Virus record (IMG/VR): IMGVR_UViG_3300037424_000332
Location: 1 to 31,488 of that record
Direction: 5' to 3' (one strand)
Source: a virus
Taxonomy: Duplodnaviria; Caudoviricetes
Length of the DNA: 31,488 bases
How positions within the stretch are numbered: position 1 is the first letter of the stretch; the number at the start of each line of letters is the position of its first letter. Positions 9,531 to 17,380 of the stretch are shown piece by piece. A program made the position numbers and the translations under genes. A model generated the notes under the pieces. It made no database searches. It was not told the DNA's origin and saw only the letters and a program-made list of their open reading frames with translations.

Positions 9531-9582
9531 TAAAATTAAATATGTTTGATGGATAGTTTACTAACACTAATTAGTTAGTAAA
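9531..9582 (-). promoter_or_regulatory. Inverted repeat plus degenerate -7 box upstream of the head operon
   Basis: TTTACTAAC (9557-9565)-N8-GTTAGTAAA (9574-9582), with minus-strand TAATTTTA at 9531-9538. Confidence 0.4.
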
Positions 9583-9611
9583 TAAAAAAGCCCCGGATTT
9601 CTCCGAGGCTT
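9581..9611 (-). terminator. Intrinsic terminator
   Basis: Minus strand reads AAGCCTCGGA-GAAA-TCCGGGGCTT-TTTTATT. Confidence 0.85.
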
Positions 9612-9666
9612 ACTTGACTTGACTTGCTATGACCTGACGAATCGAGTCATGCCATGATACGCCGAA
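9612..9666. repeat. Degenerate pentamer-periodic tract
   Basis: acttg acttg acttg ctatg acctg acgaa tcgag tcatg ccatg atacg ccgaa: 11 units, with position 2 always a pyrimidine and position 5 G in 9 of 11. Confidence 0.65.
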
Positions 9667-9676
9667 ATTTTAACTT

Positions 9677-10543
9677 TCAAGATATTTTATGAATATTAAA
9701 AAATAACATTTCATTAAAATGCTTATATGGATTTATTTCGCAATTTATAACATCTCCACTCTTTGCATTAAATTTATGTCGCAATAATTCGCTTAATGCT
9801 TTATTAGCTACAGTTGGACTCTTATGTTTTGCATCACCTTTTCCTACACTATATTTAAAAAAAGGAACTCCTGGTTTGGGATTAAATACTATATATGGCG
9901 TTTCATTTCCTGTTAAATTAACGAATGCCACATTTAATATTCCATTGATACAAGATAATCCATATTCTTGCATAAATTGCCATCCAATACACGATGTATA
10001 GGATTTTGTATTAGCTCTAAAATCTGATGTTAAATTCCTGCCTATTTTACCTTCAGGAATCGTCCAATTAAATAACTGATCTTTTTGATGTAACATAGTT
10101 TCTGTTTTTATAGGTTTATTTCTTCTCGGCATTTTTGCTGCCATTTCAATTAATTCATCGTCTGTTAATTCATCTTTATGGCTATGATATTCCTTTAGTT
10201 TACGTTTCTCATCCATAAAAAATGGATGCTTAGATAGTTTTAAAGCATTTTTCGCCTGATCGCTATATAGATCATCGTTATTAAATACAGGATAATCTTT
10301 AATTAATTCTACTGCCATCCAATAGTCGGGTTCTTTCATACAAAAATTCCATCTATAAGTTGGTTTAGAGACCCATCCTGTTCTTTCAATTAAAGAGCAA
10401 TTTATTAATTTACGCCATAATTTACTATCTACACCTGATTCTTTTTGTAAGGAAGAGGCCGTTGCCTGCACTCCTGTATCTAATAATAGATATAGATACT
10501 CAAGCGATCCAAGTAATTTTCTTACTTCATCTGGTATTTTCAT
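9677..10543 (-). CDS. AT-rich hypothetical protein, moron-like independent transcription unit
   Basis: Long ORF with probable start MKIPDEV at 10543 (the TTG at 10585 lies inside a leader hairpin). It has its own promoter and terminator and a possible N-terminal winged-helix-like segment. Confidence 0.7.
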   Translation of the reverse strand: MKIPDEVRKLLGSLEYLYLLLDTGVQATASSLQKESGVDSKLWRKLINCSLIERTGWVSKPTYRWNFCMKEPDYWMAVELIKDYPVFNNDDLYSDQAKNALKLSKHPFFMDEKRKLKEYHSHKDELTDDELIEMAAKMPRRNKPIKTETMLHQKDQLFNWTIPEGKIGRNLTSDFRANTKSYTSCIGWQFMQEYGLSCINGILNVAFVNLTGNETPYIVFNPKPGVPFFKYSVGKGDAKHKSPTVANKALSELLRHKFNAKSGDVINCEINPYKHFNEMLFFNIHKIS

Positions 10544-10556
10544 ATCCTTATAATTT

Positions 10557-10636
10557 AAAACCCCCTCAAGTTCTGCGAGAAACAAGAGGGGATTTATGGT
10601 TTAAACCGAATTTCTTATATATGTCCTCGCAGAAAC
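10557..10636 (-). promoter_or_regulatory. Structured 5' leader, attenuator/antisense-switch-like
   Basis: Hairpin CCCCTC/GAGGGG (10586-10591 with 10562-10567) followed by TTTT. Its loop contains CTCGCAGAA (10571-10579), perfectly complementary to TTCTGCGAG (10626-10634) at the transcript 5' end. Confidence 0.6.
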
Positions 10637-10642
10637 ACGATA

Positions 10643-10672
10643 CAAATATAAACAATTTATTTAATAAACAAA
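10643..10672 (-). promoter_or_regulatory. Bacteroidota-type primary-sigma promoter (-33/-7)
   Basis: Minus strand TTTG (10669-10672)-N18-TATATTTG (10643-10650). Confidence 0.65.
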
Positions 10673-10679
10673 TAATTTC

Positions 10680-11192
10680 TTATAAATCTTTTAAAATTCC
10701 TTCGCCGTGAATTACTAATTTACACCCTTTTGCTGTTAATGCTGTCTTCAAATGTCGAAAATGCGTCTTAATCTTTGCACAAAGTTTATGATCTAAATGC
10801 TTATGATTAGTCAAATCCACTCCATATAAATGAATCTCATCAGCTCCGTAAACCCTCCAAGCGATCTGGCAAGCCACAAAGGGACTGCAATAAGATTTAT
10901 TATATTGTGGCAAATCCAAATTACAAAACTGATCCGGGTAGTTATGCAAAAACTCAATCTTCTGGAATTCCGGCCTTGAATCCCAATTAACTATCTGTGA
11001 ATAGAAAGCTATCGGACGACTATTCTCAATAGTTATAAGTCGTTCCCCGGCAAAGACACTCCGCTTATCTAAGCAAACAATGACATCCGATTTATAGTAA
11101 CGCCAAATATCATTTACTCCTATTGAAAGATCGTACCCGTCAGGATTAAATAGTGAAATTGACGGGCCGAGGCCAAGTACTGCAACTCTCAT
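10680..11192 (-). CDS. MAF_flag10/DUF115-like (MptE-like, GT29/GT42-related fold) protein
   Basis: VAVLGLGPSI, IGVND, VCLD, S...A.QIA...GADEIHLYGVDL. Confidence 0.7.
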   Translation of the reverse strand: MRVAVLGLGPSISLFNPDGYDLSIGVNDIWRYYKSDVIVCLDKRSVFAGERLITIENSRPIAFYSQIVNWDSRPEFQKIEFLHNYPDQFCNLDLPQYNKSYCSPFVACQIAWRVYGADEIHLYGVDLTNHKHLDHKLCAKIKTHFRHLKTALTAKGCKLVIHGEGILKDL

Positions 11193-11872
11193 AATCTTCT
11201 TAGTCCACGATTCCAGTTACCCTCTATCTCCGGCAGTCCACGCCTGCGCCTGTCGCTCCGAGTGCCTGCCGCATTATGAACTATGAACCCGCCCGGCTCA
11301 CCTTCGTTATTAACGATACTTAGTCCCGAATATTCAATAAGTATATCCAGTCCCTGCTGTTTTATTGCGTTCATTGCCTGAAAGCATGGAGATCCGTGAT
11401 GGATATACGGCGGGAACTTAAAATAATTAGCCACATTGATAAGTTGAAAAAATGGATGTAGGTATTTCACTGCTGCATCCCTCCACTCCTGCGAGTGGTT
11501 AGTCTTACCAAATCCCCTGTTATCGACATAATCAAATGCACCTACACCGTAAGTCTCTTCATTCATCCTGCTTAACATATCTTCGACAGGGCTTTTAAGC
11601 ATGACAATATCTGAATCAAAAATCAGAGCGTATTTTGTTTTTACCAGCCTTATCCCTGCGTCCATGCCGTTGCCGTGTCCGATGTTATATCTATACACCC
11701 CGACAGTAGTTATATCAGAAGCGAGGCTTAGAACATAATGATAGCACGGATCAGTTACCTTTGAACCATCGATAATAATAATTCTCATGTCAGGATGAAA
11801 TCTTCGGACTGATTCATAAGCACGCTGTACCAGTTCTTTTGTATTTGAGCAGACGCATACCCCGGTTATCAT
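11189..11872 (-). CDS. Glycosyltransferase, GT-A fold (GT2-like)
   Basis: IIIIDGS, NIGHGNGMDAGI, DxD in IFDSDI, YLHPFFQLIN. Confidence 0.85.
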   Translation of the reverse strand: MITGVCVCSNTKELVQRAYESVRRFHPDMRIIIIDGSKVTDPCYHYVLSLASDITTVGVYRYNIGHGNGMDAGIRLVKTKYALIFDSDIVMLKSPVEDMLSRMNEETYGVGAFDYVDNRGFGKTNHSQEWRDAAVKYLHPFFQLINVANYFKFPPYIHHGSPCFQAMNAIKQQGLDILIEYSGLSIVNNEGEPGGFIVHNAAGTRSDRRRRGLPEIEGNWNRGLRRL

Positions 11873-12636
11873 CTTCGTCTCTGATTAAGTAATCCATGCC
11901 GCTGCACCCCGGCACCGCCGTAAAATCTCTCATAAAGGTTTTTATCTTCACCAATCAGCGCACTAAGAATATTCATATTAAAATCCTGTTTCATGTTCAT
12001 TGCACGACCATGACCCGCCCCGATCCCGGCTCTCCCCGGTAGTCCTTTTATACCTATCGATAATCGGTTCTCATCAAACAGGTTCACCCCCTGCCGATTA
12101 GCCAGCATAAAGAAATGTGCATCAATAAACTTTGCCGGAAAGCACTCCCGGAACATTGGTATTGCCTCAGGCGTGAATGCTATCTGAAACAGGCTGGCAT
12201 GGCAGTTATTGTTGTTATTAAAATACCTGCGAAAAAACACATTATAATAAATAGTATTTATCTCACCGACTAATCTGAAGTTACGCATCTGATACATCAT
12301 CCGCTCTAGATAAATAGACCTGTAATAATCATCGTCCTCAATAATAAATATCGCCTCAATATCTTCCTCCCTATAATTTTTTAAGAGGGTGTTTATTCCT
12401 ACCGACAGGTTTCGTCCCTGTGTATTTAGTCCGGGGTTCCATAGCGGGATAGGATAGCATTTTATTATTGTCCAGTTCTCACGAAAGTTATCATTTATAA
12501 CATCCGTTGTACGAGGGTAACAATCATCAATAATTATCCATACTACTTTCCCTGTGTATGTCTGACGTTTCATAAATAGAGAACACAGGTTAATTTGTGC
12601 CTGTCGCCCGCCTGTTGGTGTAATCAAAACTATCAT
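11869..12636 (-). CDS. Glycosyltransferase, GT-A fold (GT2-like)
   Basis: LITPTGGR, WIIIDD, IIEDDDYY...YL. Start at 12636 by ATGA overlap. Confidence 0.8.
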   Translation of the reverse strand: MIVLITPTGGRQAQINLCSLFMKRQTYTGKVVWIIIDDCYPRTTDVINDNFRENWTIIKCYPIPLWNPGLNTQGRNLSVGINTLLKNYREEDIEAIFIIEDDDYYRSIYLERMMYQMRNFRLVGEINTIYYNVFFRRYFNNNNNCHASLFQIAFTPEAIPMFRECFPAKFIDAHFFMLANRQGVNLFDENRLSIGIKGLPGRAGIGAGHGRAMNMKQDFNMNILSALIGEDKNLYERFYGGAGVQRHGLLNQRRR

Positions 12637-13367
12637 TGCCAAGTATAAATTAAATTTCCTTCGCCTGTTAAGGGTCTTTCTTCGTAAACCGTGAAGTTAG
12701 GCTTGAGGTTTAATATTTCATCTTTCGTAAGATTCTCCGGCGCAATAAAGTTACAAGTCAAATAACCCATAGCAGATTTATTAATAACATTTTCTATATA
12801 GATATTCTGGTAGTTCCTGCCAACTTCTGAAAAAGCATAATTACTGATACAAAGATCATACTTCCCTCTTTCTAGCTTGTCAGGAGAATTATATTGAACA
12901 TTAGTAATATAAAGCCTATTAAGATATTTTTCAGTAAGCGCAAGAACTTCCGGTAAGTCGATTATCTTATAAGAACGAGGTTTAAATATATCACATATAA
13001 TCTTACACTGCCCTCCGTATCCACCGCCTATCTCAACTATATCTAAGTCATTCAGACTGCCGAACCAAAGCACTAAGTCCCCCAAAACCTTAATATACCG
13101 GAGCGTAGTCGGTGACATATCCTGCATAATACCTGGATAAAACCTTTTATGAGGTTTGCCAACGAGATCATTAGTCACAAACTTATCCATACTATTTAAG
13201 AGTACAGGGGCATTTCGCTGTATCTGCTCAATATATCCCATCCCTTGTTCATAGGATACGTGTTCGAGAATCGGGGTGTAATCCGGGTGACGTTTGAATG
13301 TCTCAAATACTAAATCATTCTCTGCTGCCTGCTGGCAGATTCTTAAATAAGCACTGTAATCTATCAT
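12633..13367 (-). CDS. Putative sugar O-methyltransferase (class I SAM-dependent)
   Basis: IVEIGGGYGG, IIDLPEV, YDLCISNYAFSE. Start MIDYS at 13367 by ATGA overlap. Confidence 0.8.
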   Translation of the reverse strand: MIDYSAYLRICQQAAENDLVFETFKRHPDYTPILEHVSYEQGMGYIEQIQRNAPVLLNSMDKFVTNDLVGKPHKRFYPGIMQDMSPTTLRYIKVLGDLVLWFGSLNDLDIVEIGGGYGGQCKIICDIFKPRSYKIIDLPEVLALTEKYLNRLYITNVQYNSPDKLERGKYDLCISNYAFSEVGRNYQNIYIENVINKSAMGYLTCNFIAPENLTKDEILNLKPNFTVYEERPLTGEGNLIYTWQ

Positions 13368-14137
13368 ATCTTTATCCAGTTTTGACAATAAACATCCTGC
13401 CAATCATCCGTAACAGCCGGGCCAAACCACCGGGCAGGGGCATAAACTATTTTATCTCTTTGATTAAGATAAGCACCCCACCACGAAAATGACGAATTAG
13501 CAATTATATGATGTGTACATTTTGCCATAGTGTATAAGTCCTCGTAGTCCTCCTGCCCTTCAATGAAGATAACTCTTTCGCCTTTTATAGTCTCTTTGCA
13601 CCAGCCTATATCATCAGAGAAAACGAGTATGTGATCTATCTTTACCTTAGTTTCTAAATCATCTAAGGCGGTTTTATAATATTCATACGGCAAGGCCGGA
13701 AGAAACTGACACATAAATTCGTTAAGATAGTCACCCCGCCGGACATGGATCGAGACGCTATTTTCAAATTCATACTTCCTCTTTGATCTGTTCTCGAATA
13801 GCTTTATGACTTCTTTTTTATGATTTGCAAAATATTTCTCACTCTGGAAGAATCCCTGTAATACCATCCCTTCACGGTACGGCACTGGATCAAAGTTGAA
13901 TCTCGGTTCCATGTATCTTATCTGTTCATAGTCGGGTCGTTCGACCATGTTTTCACATAATACATTTAGATTACTAAATACATTACTTATATAATGACTT
14001 GATCCATGACCCTGATTGATATTAGGATTACCCATAAAGAAAGCGCACTTATCATTATTGTCAAGTGCCAGTGAGTATGTCGCTGCAATCTGAAACATCT
14101 GATTGCCGAGGCCTCCTTTTAAATGTGCTGTTATCAT
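13364..14137 (-). CDS. Alpha-1,2-fucosyltransferase, GT11 family
   Basis: GGLGNQMFQ, GFFQSEKYF, HVRRGDY (GDP-fucose motif), VFSDD and NSSFSWWGAYL. Confidence 0.92.
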   Translation of the reverse strand: MITAHLKGGLGNQMFQIAATYSLALDNNDKCAFFMGNPNINQGHGSSHYISNVFSNLNVLCENMVERPDYEQIRYMEPRFNFDPVPYREGMVLQGFFQSEKYFANHKKEVIKLFENRSKRKYEFENSVSIHVRRGDYLNEFMCQFLPALPYEYYKTALDDLETKVKIDHILVFSDDIGWCKETIKGERVIFIEGQEDYEDLYTMAKCTHHIIANSSFSWWGAYLNQRDKIVYAPARWFGPAVTDDWQDVYCQNWIKI

Positions 14138-14634
14138 ATCCTTGCTGTTAATATGTCCTCTGCCTGAAAACCATACTCAAAACAAAATTTATATTCCGGA
14201 TTAATTTTAAGTAACTTCGATCTGATTGTTTCAACATCAAACCCAAATATCCCAAAGCATCGTATATCATCTATCAATATAGTATGAGTTTTAATCTTAT
14301 GCTTACCAATTATATCCAGCTCTTTCATCAGAGGCGATTCGTTTTTCTTTAGCGTACTCGACCCGTGAGCATCAAGCCAAAATGTGGCAGGCTCTTTTAT
14401 CATTCTCAAAAGATCACCGAGTACCTCACTTGAATCACCCAGAATAAGATGAACATTATCGTGGTTTGCGAATCGCTTAACACACATATTGTACAGTTCT
14501 TTAGATAGTTCTATTGAAAAGACTGTCTTAAACCCTGCATCCAAAGCGTACTGAATACCGTCCCCGACCAGCGTACCAGTCTCAATAAAAATATTATTCG
14601 GGTATTTCTTAAATACTTCTTTACCTGTTGGCAT
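14134..14634 (-). CDS. Class I SAM-dependent methyltransferase-like protein
   Basis: FIETGT..GDG, SIELS, GDSS, FWLDAH, ILIDD. Confidence 0.75.
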   Translation of the reverse strand: MPTGKEVFKKYPNNIFIETGTLVGDGIQYALDAGFKTVFSIELSKELYNMCVKRFANHDNVHLILGDSSEVLGDLLRMIKEPATFWLDAHGSSTLKKNESPLMKELDIIGKHKIKTHTILIDDIRCFGIFGFDVETIRSKLLKINPEYKFCFEYGFQAEDILTARI

Positions 14635-15242
14635 TATCTGGGGTGTGAATTAAATATACGTTGAACATTACTTACATAAGGCTCGTAATCATTGACCTTC
14701 AATTCAATGTCAGAATATGTCACGCTTTGAGTAGCGCAAATAGGATCAGTTATAAAACAGTTAAATCGTTCCTGTACCTCGACTACATAAAAAACATCTA
14801 TCACAGGCCGATGATCCGTTCCTTCACAGCTCTGCATAAATTTATTATAATTATGCTGAATATAATTAACTACTTCCCATGTATTAAAAATAATCGCATG
14901 GGCGCAATACGCTCCCTTCATCCGAAATAGATTAGCGGAATACCGTTGTACCTCCCTCACGTTGGTAGCTCCGAGCCAAAGCATATCCCAATTCTTTGGT
15001 AGTTGTGACATTGCCTGCTCGACCACGCTCCACGATTGCAGCAGTACACAGTCATCCTCAAAGATCACAAACGGCAGCTCTGTTTGTTTTCTTATCGCTG
15101 CAAGGTGCGAGGCGGAGCAGCCAAACCATCCCGGAGTAGTCTTTATTGCATTGAACCTCTCGACTTCAAAAGGAAAGTTATTGAGCCGAAAGTCATCCAT
15201 TCGCTCCGGCCTGTCTTTCAGGTTAATTACTGTTGCCTTCAT
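14634..15242 (-). CDS. Glycosyltransferase, GT25 family
   Basis: VINLKDRPER, RFNAI, GCSASH, IFEDD, WDMLWLG and AHA. Confidence 0.85.
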   Translation of the reverse strand: MKATVINLKDRPERMDDFRLNNFPFEVERFNAIKTTPGWFGCSASHLAAIRKQTELPFVIFEDDCVLLQSWSVVEQAMSQLPKNWDMLWLGATNVREVQRYSANLFRMKGAYCAHAIIFNTWEVVNYIQHNYNKFMQSCEGTDHRPVIDVFYVVEVQERFNCFITDPICATQSVTYSDIELKVNDYEPYVSNVQRIFNSHPR

Positions 15243-15858
15243 ATAATTGTAATTTACTTTCGGGATACTTGTCTGTAAAACTTGTTATAAGATAAGATGT
15301 GACCTTAGATAATAATTCAAATCCTTTATCAACTTTTTTACGAATCATTATGCCAGTCCAGGTCTTTGTGCTTAGTAAGGTGTAAATATTAAAGCCTTTG
15401 AAATCAATTATGTCATAGGAGTATTCCTTTATCCCTTCGCTGTCGTGATAGATGATAATATCAAACCTATCCTTTAAAGCATTTATTGATAGTGACCTGT
15501 TGCATGTCCACGAATCAACGAATAGTAGATTAGGCCGATCCGAGGGTAACTCCAGTCGCTTATAATAGTCTGATATTTCATCCTTCTGCTCCTGCAATAA
15601 TTCGTGAAATGAAGTACCTATATCTACCCCGGTCATCTGATGATAGATAAATCTCGCCGTGACCTTATCCCGCATAATATCTACCCATTCCATACTGTTT
15701 TCAATACCTATGTATTTAGTTTTATATTCCAGGATGACAGGTGTTGAGTGTATTCCTATCCCTAACTCCAGAGTGAATTTCGGGGCATAAGCACCCATCG
15801 CCGCCCGGATTGCCGGGATATGTGTCTTGACTTCCCAGTCACAGATTACCCAGGTCAT
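15223..15858 (-). CDS. Methyltransferase-like protein (class I SAM fold)
   Basis: LELGIGIHSTP, GIEN..EW, LLFVD, IIYHDSE. Confidence 0.6.
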   Translation of the reverse strand: MTWVICDWEVKTHIPAIRAAMGAYAPKFTLELGIGIHSTPVILEYKTKYIGIENSMEWVDIMRDKVTARFIYHQMTGVDIGTSFHELLQEQKDEISDYYKRLELPSDRPNLLFVDSWTCNRSLSINALKDRFDIIIYHDSEGIKEYSYDIIDFKGFNIYTLLSTKTWTGIMIRKKVDKGFELLSKVTSYLITSFTDKYPESKLQLYEGNSN

Positions 15859-16490
15859 ACGCCACCCCTTCCCAGCCGGTGCAGTGTGCCGCCCCAGTGA
15901 TGCTTAACGTAATGAATACCATTATACCAGGGATCGTTCTCGTTCGGCCCGCCGGAATAGTCATCATGTACCCAAGGCTCATCCTGAATAATAAGTATCC
16001 CTCTCTCGTGCATAAACCGCATAGGAGCCATCATCGGGGACTGATAGAAATTAGGCATCGGGTATTGTAAGGCTATCTTACGATTAATTAATGCACAAGC
16101 TGGGTGAAGATAGTTGATCCCTTCCGTGTCATTATCTTTTCTGTTACCCATATACACCGCTCCAATACCGTAACTCTCCGGACGGAGCTTACTCTGTAAG
16201 TCCTCAATGAATCCTGGGTTATAGATAATAAGATCAGAGTCGAGAAGCATAATCTGATCCGTTTCTATATGCTGAAAACCATAAGCCATCCCCGGCCCGT
16301 GATGTATGTTATAATCAAAATGAGTTATTGTCACGTTGTACTTATCTGCAAATCCTTTTATCTGCTCAAAATGCGCTGTGTCTGATCCATCGATAACCCA
16401 GTAAGGAATATCGTAATACTTTCGAAAACCAGAAAGCAGTCTTTCTAATAAATCAGGTGTATTGTAATGAACTGTTAATGCTGTTACCAT
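15855..16490 (-). CDS. Glycosyltransferase, GT-A fold (GT2-like), paralog of 11189..11872
   Basis: YNTPDLL, VIDGS, NIHHGPGM, LLDSDL, YGIG, YLHPACALIN and HHWGGT. Confidence 0.85.
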   Translation of the reverse strand: MVTALTVHYNTPDLLERLLSGFRKYYDIPYWVIDGSDTAHFEQIKGFADKYNVTITHFDYNIHHGPGMAYGFQHIETDQIMLLDSDLIIYNPGFIEDLQSKLRPESYGIGAVYMGNRKDNDTEGINYLHPACALINRKIALQYPMPNFYQSPMMAPMRFMHERGILIIQDEPWVHDDYSGGPNENDPWYNGIHYVKHHWGGTLHRLGRGGV

Positions 16491-17140
16491 CTGTTTGGAT
16501 TTACGTTAATATTTGAATTATGACATACATAGTAAAGTGGAATTGTTATCTTTTTTCTCTTTTCGAGAGGCAGTAAATATTTCTCAATCATATACCAGTC
16601 GTGTCCGTACTTATTTCCCCATTTGACTTTTACCTTCTTTCGGTGAGAAATTGTGCTGGTACCTATCATACAAATTATAGGCTGTACTTCACGAGGCAGG
16701 ACGACCTCACCATCGGCAATATAGTCATCATAATAAATCCAGTCCAGAGCATAGGTATTGAAATTATCACTAATGATCTTCAGGTGGTCATTGCCGAACA
16801 TATCGTCGTGGTCGAGGTAACAGATTATCTCACCTTTTGCCATCTTCAGCCCGGTATTACGTACCACCCCGCTATAATGATCCTGCTTCGGGATGAGTTT
16901 AAAATGAATATTAGCGATGTCTTTATAGTACTGCTCATATATTTCCTTTGCTCTCTCGCTGCCGTCTGCAATTATTATAAGCTCGCAGTCCTTAAATGTC
17001 TGATAACAGAATGAATCCACTGCACGGATAAACTTTCGCTCCGGGTCGGGTGCGCTCTTAATTACGAACTGATCTGTATTTGGCTCCGGGACTGTCTCAT
17101 AGGGAGTTAAACAGACTGGCATGATAACCGATATTCTCAT
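16484..17140 (-). CDS. Glycosyltransferase family 2
   Basis: ISVIMP, RAVDS...QT..ELIIIADGS, RNTGL..AKGEIICYLDHDD. Confidence 0.9.
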   Translation of the reverse strand: MRISVIMPVCLTPYETVPEPNTDQFVIKSAPDPERKFIRAVDSFCYQTFKDCELIIIADGSERAKEIYEQYYKDIANIHFKLIPKQDHYSGVVRNTGLKMAKGEIICYLDHDDMFGNDHLKIISDNFNTYALDWIYYDDYIADGEVVLPREVQPIICMIGTSTISHRKKVKVKWGNKYGHDWYMIEKYLLPLEKRKKITIPLYYVCHNSNINVNPNRW

Positions 17141-17361
17141 AGATTCATAGATTTTATTATTCGATGTACTGTCATTTCACTTATATTGAAGTCCTCGCTG
17201 GTATAAAATACTGAAGTAGTGACATTATTATTTTGTTTACGATAAGCATCATACCTGCAATAGATGGCGTAATGCCTCAAAATACTTATCGGAATAAATC
17301 CCATCTTTGTTTCTTCTTTTACCGTCTGAAGATTATTATTTATATACTCAAAGCGTGTCAT
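17137..17361 (-). CDS. Small HTH protein, Mor-like regulator candidate
   Basis: C-terminal SEDFNISEMTVHRII recognition-helix pattern. Confidence 0.6.
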   Translation of the reverse strand: MTRFEYINNNLQTVKEETKMGFIPISILRHYAIYCRYDAYRKQNNNVTTSVFYTSEDFNISEMTVHRIIKSMNL

Positions 17362-17380
17362 TCAAAAATAATAAATTTAA

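Noticed and set aside
10680-17140. Host LPS/capsule operon or Gtr-type seroconversion cassette
   Set aside because: No transport, polymerase or sugar-synthesis genes and no membrane GT. The genes are coupled into the phage late operon.
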